Shown: positions 21,941-33,737 of the stretch, one piece after another
How positions within the stretch are numbered: the stretch's first letter is position 1
Layout of the letters: each line of letters opens with the position of its first letter
Assembly: GCA_977017575.1 (NCBI GenBank)
Contig: CDRNVI010000080.1
Span: 62,001 to 126,000 of the forward strand
Source of the DNA: Paramoeba atlantica
Lineage: Eukaryota; Protista; Discosea
Length of the DNA: 64,000 nucleotides
Direction: 5' to 3'
Translations under genes and position numbers: made by a program
The notes under the pieces: model-generated
Seen by the model: the letters and a program-made list of their open reading frames with translations, nothing else
Told to the model about the DNA's origin: nothing
The model's database searches: none

Positions 21941-22875
21941 TCCCCCTGGAGAGACCTCCTGGACTCCCCCCGGACCGCACCCTAGACCCCCCCCCTGGAC
22001 ACCCCCCTGGACCCGCCCTGGACTCCCCCTGGACCGCACCCTGCCCCCACCCATGGACACCCCCCTGGACCCCCTGGACCCCACCCCCCCTAGACACGCC
22101 CCCTGGACACCCCCCTGGACCCCCTGGACCCCACCCCCCCCTAGACACCCCCCCTGGACACCCCCCCTGGAGAGACCTCCTGGACCCCCCGGACCGCACC
22201 GTAGACCCCCCCCTGGACACCCCCCTGGACCTCCCCTGGACCTCCCCTGGACTGCACCCTAGACCCCCTCCCCCTGGACACCCCCCTGAACCCGCCCTCG
22301 ACTCCCCCTGGACCGCACCCTGCCCCCACCCCTGGACACCCCCCTGGACCCGCCCTGGACTCCCCCTGGACCGCACCCTGCCCCCACCCATGGACACCCC
22401 CCTGGACCCCCTGGACCCCACCCCCCCTGGACACCCCCCCTGGACACCCCCCCTGGAGAGACCTCCTGGACCCCCCGGACCGCACCGTAGACCCCCCCCT
22501 GGACCCGCCCTGGACTCCCCCTGGACCGCACCCTGCCCCCACCCCTGGACACCCCCTCCCTGGAGACACCCCCTGGACCGCACCCTAGACCCCCCCCCTG
22601 AACCTCCCCTCTGGACCCCCCCTGGAGACACCCCCTGGACTCCCCCCCCTGGAGACACCCGCTGGACCCGCCCTGGACTCCCCCTGGACCGCACCCTGCC
22701 CCCACCCCTGGACCCCCCCTGAACCTCCCCCCTGGACCCCCCCCTGGAGACCCCCTGGACTGCACCCTAGACCCCCCCTGGACACCCCCCTGGACCCGCC
22801 CTCGACTCCCCCTGGACCGCACCCTGCCCCCACCCCTGGACTCCCCCCGTGTACCCCGCCCCTGGGCCCCACCCC
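21941..22875. repeat. C-rich degenerate minisatellite, continuation
   Basis: Same CCCCTGGAC/GGACCGCACCCT units as 7161-7750. Confidence 0.95.
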
Positions 22876-22923
22876 TCGCCGCGATTGAAGTCGTGAAGTC
22901 ACAAAACTTTGATATGCCTTTTT
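22876..22923. repeat. 48-bp remnant of the 177-bp satellite
   Basis: TCGCCGCGATTGAAGTCGTGAAGTCACAAAACTTTGATATGCCTTTTT. Confidence 0.9.
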
Positions 22924-23075
22924 CGAACGACGAGGTTGTGAGAACTTGTGAAAGTAATCTGCGTATTCAATTTAGTTCAATACACATGAATATTTCAGCA
23001 CGTAAAGCATAATATTTTATTATATACCAAGGGAAGTGTTTATATCCACGTTTAAAAAGTTTTCATAAAAAGTTT

Positions 23076-23651
23076 ATGGTTGTGACCCGTTCGCAAGCGC
23101 GAGAAGCCGCGGATCGGGGGGAAGCCCTAACTCCCCCTAGCACCCCGCGCACCTCATCGCCGAAATCCCAGGCCTCACGACCTACGAGACAGGTGGAGAC
23201 GCCTCCAGTTAGTGCCCGCCGGAATTCTAATCTAGAAGAAATCCGGGGCCCGCATCCACGTACGCCTCTTGGTGTTTTGGGAAGCGTTGCAGGGGCAGTA
23301 GGCAGTACAGTATGGAACGGATTTTTCAATAACCAAGAAACGCAGCCTCAAGCGTCTGACTTTCCTAACACTCAGGCTGCGGCAGCGGCGCAGAATTCCC
23401 TTGAGCGAATAGTACAGCAGCTCGCGACGCAGGTTTCCAGTTTATCGGCTCAAGTGGCCCGGATGCAGTTCTCCGGTTCCAGTTGCCAGCCTCCAAGCGT
23501 CCTACAGCCACAGCTTCCATCTCCGCACGCTACGCTTCCACACGAACGTATTCTGGAGCAAAGCCACGTACCGCAGCAACAACGACAATTTCAGGAACAT
23601 CGTCAGCCTGGGCCTTCAGATACTGCTTCGACTCGACAGGGAGGCTATTGA
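23076..23651 (+). CDS. Hypothetical protein (low complexity, short coiled coil)
   Basis: 191-aa GC-richer ATG ORF in AT-rich flanks; no family recognised. Confidence 0.4.
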   Translation: MVVTRSQAREAADRGEALTPPSTPRTSSPKSQASRPTRQVETPPVSARRNSNLEEIRGPHPRTPLGVLGSVAGAVGSTVWNGFFNNQETQPQASDFPNTQAAAAAQNSLERIVQQLATQVSSLSAQVARMQFSGSSCQPPSVLQPQLPSPHATLPHERILEQSHVPQQQRQFQEHRQPGPSDTASTRQGGY

Positions 23652-24551
23652 ATATTGAAAAATAGTTTCCCATTCGTTAGTACTGTGAGAAAATGAATTA
23701 TAGTAGCGCTACTAAGTGACATATGTTGTTTTACTTTATACTTTATATATTGATGTACAAACATATTCGATGGATTTGACGAAGGGTAGGATTACATTAA
23801 TGTATTTTACACTTGATTTGAGTTTTTCAATCTTCACGAATACAATTTTATACGAATGCGCTGATTATGAAGCGTATCATCCAAAGACAATGATGACTCA
23901 GTGGAACTTTGAATTCGGGTTTTCAGCTCAGCGTTCGACTTCATTGAAGAAAAGCAATAGATAATCGAATGAACCAAGAATAATAATCAAAAACGGGATA
24001 AAACGTGTATGCTTTCATACAAACGTTATGAAAGAGAAAACTGTCAATATATTTTACTTTGTTTTTCTCCTACTGTGTCAAAACAAGATCACGCGAGATC
24101 ATCCCCGCAGCCCCTCACATTTATAGCTTTTAAGGTCATGTTTTCATAAATTCCTTCGTGGTGCATTATCAATGTCTAGCATCAGTCGCTCGCAGATATT
24201 TCTCACCGGTTTTGGGGGCCACTCGGGCCGTGCATGGGGTAGCTTTTAACATATTAAATTAGAACTACAATGCCGAATATGGCAAAAACGTGAATTGACG
24301 CTTAAAGAAATGATAAAAAATATCAGTGTTTTTCTGTAAACATTATTTATGAGCCTTGTCCCAGTTATTTTTTCTTGCATTCATGAAGTAGTGGTGCGAA
24401 ATAATACTTAGTGTCGTAAAAATATACGAATTTTTACGAACACTGTATTTATAGTACACTGTACTGTATAATATGCAGTATAAAAGGAAAAAATGTATTA
24501 AATATGTATATTTTTGAGATACAATAAAATAGGATTCGGCCTTCATAAAGG

Positions 24552-25388
24552 GTGCATTTCATGAACCGCGGCGTTCTGCTTTTTTTGAGCTTTATTGCTC
24601 TTGAGCATACATGTATGTTTGTCGAATATGGTATGATGTACGATAACTCTGTGCATCGGGGTGCCAAAGTGCGCGGCGGAGTATTTCCTGATTACATGTG
24701 TCTGAATCTTCTTGTGTCAAAAATGAAAACTTTTCCATCAGATTGGGAAAAACCGGAGTTGTCAGCATGTCAACGATGCGGCATCCGGTGTGATGCACAA
24801 GGTCGCGTGACCGAAATCAACTTGAAAAACAGAAACATGACAGGAAATTTATCTTGGGCTTATCTTCCCTCGAATATAATTTCTATAAACGTTGCAAAGA
24901 ATCATATCTCCGGTGGATTATCGCTAGAGTGCCTTCCAAAGGGAATTATCCGTTTAAAAGGGCACAGCAATCGAATGAAATGCGATTTACGTTTGAATGA
25001 CGCTCCATCAAAATTGCAATTCATATCAATTCATACGAACTTGTTCTTTGGTGAGGTAGCATTCGAGGCACTACCTGCTGATTTGAAAAAAATGGAATTG
25101 CACAAGAACATGTTCGCCGGTGGTATCTCTCTGTCACTTTTACCTAATACGCTATCAGAATTGTATCTGCACGATAATCAATTGTCAGGCTTGCTTGTTT
25201 TAGATGCGCTTCCTTTTTCTTTGCGTTATCTTTCCCTCTCCAATAATTGTTTTGTTGGACATGTTAATCTTACACATCTCCCATCTGGGATGAAATTCTT
25301 GGCTTTGAAAAATAACAATATCACGGTTGGTAGTCTTATGGGATTGCCGAAAGGTATGAAGCTCGACATTAGGGAAACAATTTGGTAG
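24552..25388 (+). CDS. Leucine-rich repeat protein (paralogue 1)
   Basis: LPxxLxxLxLxxNxFxG repeats; N-terminal KVRG motif. Confidence 0.9.
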   Translation: MHFMNRGVLLFLSFIALEHTCMFVEYGMMYDNSVHRGAKVRGGVFPDYMCLNLLVSKMKTFPSDWEKPELSACQRCGIRCDAQGRVTEINLKNRNMTGNLSWAYLPSNIISINVAKNHISGGLSLECLPKGIIRLKGHSNRMKCDLRLNDAPSKLQFISIHTNLFFGEVAFEALPADLKKMELHKNMFAGGISLSLLPNTLSELYLHDNQLSGLLVLDALPFSLRYLSLSNNCFVGHVNLTHLPSGMKFLALKNNNITVGSLMGLPKGMKLDIRETIW

Positions 25389-27202
25389 TCTAAAATACGA
25401 ATTTTCAATTTAGCAAATTTACCATCCAGACAACCAATATTCAGGAAGTCACGGAGATTCGATAAACCGCTTTATGGAGTTTTTTCCAGAGGCTAATGAG
25501 ATTTCGAGTGTACTTTACAATAGAGAGTCAGTAAAACAGCTTTTCTAAAGGTCAGATGTGGACTCTCGTGACCTCCAGTGGCTGCCAGTGATCGCTAAGG
25601 TTGCACGGCATTGGACTCCCTGCAACTTGGCGTCTTTTTTCGGGGCCACGGTGGACCACTGCTACTGGTCCTCGTTGATCATTTTGTACATGTTTAGTTG
25701 AACAGATATGGATTGTTACTATATTTATTAAATGCTCGTTATTTGTTTCTAGATTCGAACTCTCCACGTATTCAAACTTATTGTGATGTGAAAATTGTAC
25801 TGTCCTCGCTGCAGGGTGGACCGCCACGCGTCTTTGGGGGAACCTATACGGTGTGTAATGTGTGCGTGCACCATTGAAAGTGATGCAAACGATTCTTGCA
25901 TCCAATGCCACAGGGTCTCTGTAATCATAGGTACCAACTACCGTCCTCTGTGTAAAAAACACTAATGTGTAGTAAAAGAATTTTTGTCATCACACTTGTG
26001 TGCAAAGCAAAAACAGGTCACAAGTGCGAACAATGATTACCGCCCATATTCGGTTTCTACGGTACCACATAAAGGGCAATTAAGGAAAATCAAAAAATAT
26101 TAAAACTTTAATGTAAGGAAATAATTTCGTCCCACTGACTTTTCTCCGAAATTCTTTCGAATTTTCTTTGATTTATGTCGCTTCTTTAACCGCGGTGGTT
26201 GTTTTCAACGTAGAAGTGACCTCTGTTGTATGTATTAGTTCATCATTTCTTTATGTGAAAGACGCTTACCTTACTAAAATTGAGGAAGAAGAAAATTAAG
26301 AAAACTTTAATTAAGGAAATAATTTCGTGTCACAAAGAAATCTTCCTTAATTAAAATATTCCCTAATTACCATTTCTACGGTAATATGTAAACCACCCGT
26401 TTAACATACCTATACCTTGGATAACATACCGGGGGGGTATGTTATTCTGGCCTGCGACACTTAACATACCCCCCCTCGTCCCACGGCTTTTTTTGTGCAA
26501 CGGTACAAAAACCCAACCGTAATATCACGTACTTTTTTAAACAAAATGTTTCTTTTATGCGTTTTTAGATGTATTTTGATACGTTTTAGCATTTAGTACT
26601 ACACGCGGTACATCTTTAGATACAGGTTCTAACTAAAAAAGTTGAAATTTTTTTCAAAAAAAAATATCCGAACTTGACCGACCCGTTCTGCGGATACGAA
26701 GGGGGGTCACCCCCGGGTAGAGGGGTGGAAAATGCGCGCCAAGACCCCGGATACCCCTTCTGCGCCTTTATTTCGAAAAATAATTTTTTCAAAAAACTTC
26801 GTGCGGTATGCCCCCTTAATTTCACAAGTACATACTACTCGAGTCCTAATATTAATCTGCTATTGAAATATCTCAAAATATTTTAACATACATGTATTTC
26901 TCATTATCTTTTTAACCTACTATCCATCTGTATGCTGAATTTCCAATATGATGCATCTTGTGGGCGAAAACCCCTGGGCCCCCCAAGGGTCGGATTTTTT
27001 TTGAAAATTTTTGGACCACCGGAGCCCCTTTTATAAATTTTTCTTCTATTATATTACTGTGTTCCTCTTTATATTTTCACTGTTTTTCACTTTTTTTCAA
27101 TAATCGAGGGTAGAGCGGTAGTTATACAACCACCGCAACATACCTACCTTGATGTATACATTGATAACATACCGGGGGGGGGGGGGGTATGTTAAATGGG
27201 TA

Positions 27203-27505
27203 CCGTAGACCCCCCCAGTAATAGACCCCCCCAGTAACAAGGATTTGACCCTTTTTCGGCTGACCCCCAGTAACAAGGGTTTGGCTCGGGAGGGTCGTTG
27301 GAGGGGGGGGGTGATGGTGATGGTGGCTGGGCGGGGTGAGGGCGGTTGCGAGGGAGCGAATGGCGTGGTTGCGGGGTTGGATGGGCTGAAAATCAACGCA
27401 CTCATGTACAAAAAATGTCTTTTCTCACCCAAAAAGCATACCCCCAGTAACAAGGATTTGGTCATTTTGACCCAAAATCAATTCTATTACTGGGGGGGTC
27501 TACGG
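27203..27505. mobile_element. MITE with ~23-bp TIRs, TA-flanked
   Basis: TA|CCGTAGACCCCCCCAGTAATAGA ... TCTATTACTGGGGGGGTCTACGG|TA. Confidence 0.8.
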
Positions 27506-28199
27506 TATGTGGTTTAAATAAAATCGTTTTCTCTCGCAGCTTAATACTATACCCCCCCTACTTACATACACCCCCCTACCTGTATTTGTCACCCCTTTTT
27601 GGAGAAAAGTGACAAATAAGTAGAGGGGGCGGGTGTGTGACAAATAACTAGGGGGGTGGCGTTCATTAGGTGACAAATAACTAGGGGAGGTAGGTGTCAT
27701 TGGGCGCGGCCAAAATAGTATAGTATAGTAAAGTATCTATATCTCCTTGCAAGTTGTTTTCTTGCCATCATAGATAAAGGCTCGCATAAAGCCTACTTCA
27801 TAAAAAGGTGAAACTCTACCCAGGTAGGGGAAGCACAGGCTGCCAGTTCTCAGAAAGGTCGCAGCGGGAAATTACGTCACCTTGCACACCAAACAAAGCA
27901 CGGTACATGTTGTTCACTACATGAAGTGCACACGTGTTCTCTCCAGGCAATTGCTAAGGACATGTCATGCATACAATGAAGTATGATGATTGAGGAGCGT
28001 CAAGATGCTCGCATAGTCTCTCTTTGGATACTTTTATAAACTTAATAAAAAACGTGGTTCGCAGAAACTATAATATAGTAAAATACAGTTTTTTCATTGA
28101 ATATAGTTACTATATAGTACTATATTTACTATATTTTACTATAAAACTATAAGAAAACTATAAAGTTTTTTTCACTTTACAAGTTATATTTTTTGAGTC

Positions 28200-30332
28200 C
28201 TCTCCGCTTGTGAAGGACATACACACGCCTCTACATGCGTTCTTACACGTTTACATACGTATGATATGACAAGAAATTCTGAAAAAAATGTAACCCAAGC
28301 TAAAGTGGACGAGGGAGATACTAAAAGCACCTTTGGCAAACCACCATAAAAATGGAAGGGTATGTCCCTTAAAGATTCTTTTGGCACGTCGGAATCCTTT
28401 ACAAATCGGGAGATATCATTCCATTTTTGTGGTGGTTTAAAGGTGCTTTTGGAACCTCCCTCGTCCACTTTATCCTGGGTTACATAGCTATCGAAACATC
28501 CTCCCTCTTCCCCGCGATTCCATCACCGCCGAAAAATATCATCAACTAGTGTGTCATCTCCTCGGAAATAGCAATGAAACGCATGCGAAAGGAGTGACGA
28601 TAGGAAGTACAAACTCTCCACTCGACAACACACCGCGTAATTTATTCAGACTCATATGATTGTATTTATTCAAACTCATAGAATTGTGAGCAGCAGTTAT
28701 TCAGTCCCAAGACATAACGTCGGTGGCTTTTTTAGTAAAAACCAAATTTTTGAAAAAACATTCTAACAAAAAACAAAAATGTGATTCGGCATTATTCTAA
28801 GATATTCTAAGACACTTTGCGACAGTTTTCCCTGATATACAGTTGTATTTAATTACGATCGTATTTAATTACGGATATACTCGGATAGTGCCAGATACTA
28901 GTTATAGGTACTATAACTGGTACTAGATATAGACTGGTATAACTGGTACTAGATAGCGCCAGTACTACGGATAGTGCCAGATTTTCTGGTAAATAGTGTT
29001 ATTTTTGTGCTCAGATGGCCAAACTGAGCAGTTTCCCGTGCTGTTACCTCCTTTAAGGAGGTAAAACTGAGCACTATAACTTCAAAAAATACAATAAACA
29101 ATATGAGCACAGATATCCTGTTTCTAAAAGATGTGTAAAGTAATACGCGGCAAAGTTTTTACAGATTGAAAGAATCCGTTAGACATCCTATCAATTAAAA
29201 ACTCTTGCTTAGCATACAGCATATTTTAACGTACTGTAGACCCTCCCCCAGTGAGAGAATCCAAAAATCCAAATCATTCCGGATTGCTCCGGATGGTCAC
29301 TGGCAAGCCAGACCCTTCACAGACAGATTTGGAAGTTCCGAGGCCGACGTACTCTACCAGTTTCCGCTTGTCCAAGGCGGCACCAACGTGCTGTTACCAA
29401 CACGTTGCGTCGACGAACTGTACGTCAACACGGCTCACCCAAGAGGTGTGAGCCGGGTAAGGGAGCTGGGTCCCTGAGGGGAGGATCCGGGACGGTCCTC
29501 CGAGTACTGGACCTAGTCGGTTCTCGGCCCAGCCTCTTAGAGTGAAGCCGCCAGGAATATTGCGATGAGCGGGTTTGAACTCGCCATCTGAGCACCATGT
29601 GCTTCAAACTTTGAATTCTTGCCACTCCGCCGCCTCCGCCTCCGCCAGTGAGAGAATGGATTTTGGGTCAAAATGGCTAAATTCTCCCTTACTCGGAAGT
29701 GTGCTTTTTTTCCTTTCTCTCAACTTTTTTGACACTTTTTTCTATGTTTTATCTGAAAACGTGTTAAAACGCTTATTAAATAAGCGTACAGTGTTGTATT
29801 GAATTACGATCGTATTTAATTACGGATATATTTAATTACGATATTATTCAATTAAGATTATTTTCACCAAAAAAAATCCTTAAATTGTTTTGAGTTTTCA
29901 GTTTGAGTTTTTCGGGGATTGAAAATGACAACTCCTATCGATGTCGCATTGGCAGTTGAGGTGAAAGACAAAGATGAACATCGAGAGGTTTGGGCAGCCG
30001 AGTCAATTCAGCGGATGACTGATCTTGTAAGAGCGTGCTGCTTAAAAGTTGTCATAATCCGATGGAATCGGAAGAATAGAAGTAACTTCTCTTATCCATC
30101 AGGGCTGATATAACATACACGTATTAATTTTCTGCGGCTTTTACTCGTTCAACGCACTCGTTCAAAACAATTTACCTACAACATGTCATGTTCTTGAAAA
30201 TAATGGATAAACAAAATTAAGAATTTACTTACGATAATATTTATTTACGACATTATTCAATTACGATAGTATTTAATTACGATATTATTCAATTAAGATT
30301 ATTTTCGCCGAAAAAAATCCTTAAATTCGTAA
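28200..30332. repeat. Dispersed composite repeat; inverted copy at 42450-44057
   Basis: 28200-28911 is the reverse complement of 40995-41706 and 43349-44057; 29059-30332 is the reverse complement of 42450-43326. Confidence 0.9.
29261..29644. mobile_element. 384-bp SINE-like insertion with 13-bp TSD
   Basis: CCAGTGAGAGAAT at 29248-29260 and 29645-29657; empty site in the inverted copy near 43125-43137. Confidence 0.8.
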
Positions 30333-31042
30333 TTAGATAATATCGTAATTGAATACAACACTGTACGCAATAAAATTCATCGATGCCCTGTAAGATCATC
30401 AGTGGTAATCTCAGATTTCAAATGAACCGGTTGATCTTCGTCGACATGAAGTTCCCTCACTAAACAAGATAAATGGATTACCTCATTCGCGTGCTGAGAC
30501 TATGTGGAACGTTAAAAATTAACGCAGGTTTCATAATATCGGAGTGCATCTGAAAAAAGCGGCGACATTTGCTGAGTAATGAGTCGCCAAATACGCAATT
30601 TGGCGACTAGGCAGGATTAAGAGAGGAAAAAGGCCAAAACTTGGGAACCGTTAAATGGCATTTTATACCGTCTTCTTGAAACGTTTGTTTTTACGTGGTA
30701 TCTCGCCACAGATAATACGGGGTGCATTCGCCCGCAAAAGTGTTTCTAAGGACATATAGGCACATTTTCTTCCGTTTTTTGAAAGATTGAGATGAGAAAC
30801 ACCAAGAATGAAAACATTATGCACCCCAGACGATTCATAGAGAGTTTTAGACTTAAAGAGTAATTTTTATCTAAATAGTGTGTAAAGAGACAATACAACT
30901 TTTTTTTTCACTGGGGGAGTAGACAATATGGTGGAATTGGAACTACCATCGCAATATGAGTACAGCGTATGTCATTACAATCTTCATAATGTATTTTTCA
31001 TAATGGACATTAGAATCGTGTATTTAATTATACATTAGAATC

Positions 31043-31948
31043 ATGTATTTAAATACACCGCGCATTCGAGCACGTCAATCCGTGACGCCTTTACTTCTGG
31101 CCATCTTATCGCTGCTAGCAGTCCTAAACATGGAGGATGCAACATTGAGGAAACGAAATAGCACGACGTTTCTTGCAGATAATAGTACATCCTGCTCAAC
31201 ACAAAACGAAGACGCGGATCTCTCCTCTTTATGTATGAGCCCGTCTGGGCTATGGGCGACACCACTTCCTTGCACGCCTGGCGCGAACTTCTCTCCTATA
31301 CGACACTTTTCTCACACTCCCAAGTACCAACCGGATACTAACCGTTTTTTGTACCAGGGCCGACAGGACACCCCGTGGCCTTCACAGCGATCACACGCTC
31401 GTTTTCCTCAGGAAACTTTTCACACCCAACGCACTCCGGAAATTCGGAACATGCCATCACAAAACCGATGCTCACTACTACACCCCCTGGCCACTTCGGT
31501 ACCATCTCTCCGAAGCCCTGGGCTTCACAGATGCGCATCTGATACCGAGCTGCACTCATTCGTATGTGGTGATTTAGCCTTTGAGCCCCCTTTCGCACTT
31601 TCTGAGGGCACCAAGGATGATGCGAGCGTTAACAAAAAAGCTCTCACCCCATTGTTTCCGAACGCAATAAATATCCATCTATCAACTCCCGAAACAGCTT
31701 CAAAAAAAGTACGAGAACCGACTTTTCCCCCCACCTTGGAAACTTCGCATCCTGCTGACAATTCGTTTAAAGAACAGTCATTTCGCTCCGCAAAGCCACG
31801 TGGTTCCGCAAACACCGAAAGCTCTTTCTATGATTTTTGCGCAAACTTCCTTACGAACTGCATTATTTCTGTTTGGACCATTACGGAATACGCGCTTGTC
31901 GTGCTTGCACTTTGTTGCTTTGGCGTTCCCACAACGGTTTCCTTCTGA
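31043..31948 (+). CDS. Hypothetical protein with hydrophobic N- and C-terminal segments
   Basis: 301-aa ORF co-oriented with cluster; no family recognised. Confidence 0.45.
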   Translation: MYLNTPRIRARQSVTPLLLAILSLLAVLNMEDATLRKRNSTTFLADNSTSCSTQNEDADLSSLCMSPSGLWATPLPCTPGANFSPIRHFSHTPKYQPDTNRFLYQGRQDTPWPSQRSHARFPQETFHTQRTPEIRNMPSQNRCSLLHPLATSVPSLRSPGLHRCASDTELHSFVCGDLAFEPPFALSEGTKDDASVNKKALTPLFPNAINIHLSTPETASKKVREPTFPPTLETSHPADNSFKEQSFRSAKPRGSANTESSFYDFCANFLTNCIISVWTITEYALVVLALCCFGVPTTVSF

Positions 31949-32374
31949 CACCTCAACGGTGATGCCCTACCGAACAGTGCTTGTACTGCGGTAGACATTT
32001 TCGCCATTTTTTCCGCTCTGTATCCTACTGGGACCTAGTCGAGCGGGGGAAAATCATTGGGGTAGGTAAGGTTTGCTTTTGAATCAAAACGTTCTTCCGG
32101 ATCAAAAACGTTGGTAACAACTATGCGTTGGATACGTAAGGTCGGATCCAACCGTGTGTTTGCAAAAAAAGTAGTATCATTCCTTCCTAGAAACTGTAAT
32201 ACATTATTATGAAATTACTGAATCATTACAAAATTCTTCAAGTAACTGAATTTTTCTTTCTAATTATTGAAAAGTTTTCTACGTCATCTATACTTTTTGC
32301 GTTTTACGATAGCCTGGTAAGACGTTTTTGAATAAGTTTTGAATAAGTAGACTATATGGAACGACGTACACCGA

Positions 32375-32716
32375 ATGGGGAAAAATAAAGCAGCACGAAG
32401 TCGGGGTACAAAAGTGGAACTTCCGTACGATGCGGAAAACGATGACTTGCAATCTTTGTATTCAAAGTCGAACAGTAGTGCACAGATGCCTTCCGCAACC
32501 CGGACTTTGCAACGGAGCAAAGATACCTCTGACTCATTGGAACATTTTTCCAAAACTCTCGAAAATTCGTTAAGCACTACCTCATTAACCAGTGCTGTGG
32601 AATATCAGCAATCTCCTCTATTTGAGGTGAGAAAATCCGTTCCTTATAGTCGGTATGAAGTAGAGCTTACCTATCAAGCGGCACGAAAGAAGATATTTAA
32701 CAGTGAGGCGGAATAG
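32375..32716 (+). CDS. Hypothetical protein
   Basis: 113-aa ATG ORF co-oriented with cluster. Confidence 0.4.
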   Translation: MGKNKAARSRGTKVELPYDAENDDLQSLYSKSNSSAQMPSATRTLQRSKDTSDSLEHFSKTLENSLSTTSLTSAVEYQQSPLFEVRKSVPYSRYEVELTYQAARKKIFNSEAE

Positions 32717-33155
32717 ACTTGTAAGCTCACGATCTGTTTGACATGTCAAGAGCTCAGCGCGTATACACTAAACAAAAAATTTAGTGCTGCAGATGGTTCG
32801 AATAAAACGTCGCAAGTTTGACATAGCGCGTTTTCTCTTTTTGCAGATGCTTTGAATTTATGCGAAATCAATTTATTACACCATGTGAGAATTTGAGAGA
32901 TTTAATATAGGGGGATTCTAGCCCCCTCCCTATGAAGAAAAGGACCAAAAGAGTCTAAAATTGGTACCGTAAGCCTTCTTTTCACTTTCATTAGTGTGGA
33001 GTCTCAAAATTGTAAGTCTTTTACACTATAAATCGTTTTCTATCCCTTTATCAAAGCGCGGTGTTTGCTTTGAGTCAGAAGGTCGTGCTACTGCGTTAGA
33101 AAAAAATCGTTTGCATTTATTTCAAGGTTTCTATTTTGGTTTCATAAAGTGTATT

Positions 33156-33449
33156 ATGCCCTCCGACGCGTTCTCGCTTTCTCCTCCCGTTCAAAGTAGT
33201 CTCCTGGGAGGAAAGGCAAAGAAAAAGAAGAAGAAGCCATTGACGGGGAAGATCATTGCTCGTCACAAGCATAAGACTGTAAAACTCGCGATCCTGAAAT
33301 ACTTTCAAGTTGAGGGAGAAGGGGATATGCTAAGAGTCACCCGTACCCGAATGGAATGCCCAAATTGTGGTCCCGGGGTGTACCTTGCAAAGCACAAAGA
33401 TCGACGATCCTGCGGAAAGTGTGGTCTTGCGTTGAACCCTCCAAAGTAG
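33156..33449 (+). CDS. RPS27A: 40S ribosomal protein eS31/S27a without ubiquitin moiety
   Basis: KKKKK..HKHKTVKLAILKYF..ECPNCGPGVYLAKHKDRRSCGKCG; first ATG at 33156. Confidence 0.9.
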   Translation: MPSDAFSLSPPVQSSLLGGKAKKKKKKPLTGKIIARHKHKTVKLAILKYFQVEGEGDMLRVTRTRMECPNCGPGVYLAKHKDRRSCGKCGLALNPPK

Positions 33450-33737
33450 GAAAGAGATAAGTATTCAAGAAGTAAGCGATCCAAGAGAAATTCCCTACTC
33501 GGTTGAACAAGACACATCAATTAATCAAATGATATGATTTCCGCATGGGCAATATTCTTTATTCTTGTTTTTTATTCTTGAACTGAAGAAACTGAAGAAA
33601 ACGCAATCAAAGACGTTACGTAACCATACACAATACGCAGGTAAAAATAAGAGAAGCAAATATTGAACGCACGTTGACTTTCACTGTAAGTTCTATTCAA
33701 ATTTAAACGTAGCTCGTGCTTATCCTCTTAATCTTCT

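Noticed and set aside
21816-22902. Pro-rich and Gly-rich ORFs in C-rich arrays (also 7035-7874, 9456-9972)
   Set aside because: Open in nearly all frames because of C-run composition.
25552-25962. Minus-strand ORFs with a possible degenerate zinc finger
   Set aside because: Non-ATG start, opposite to cluster polarity, no convincing motif.
29560-29610. tRNA gene or Pol III A/B boxes in the 384-bp insert
   Set aside because: A-like and B-like boxes are adjacent with no spacer; no cloverleaf.
32994-33155. N-terminal extension or ubiquitin on eS31
   Set aside because: GTG-started, T-rich, not ubiquitin-like; looks like the trans-splice acceptor region.
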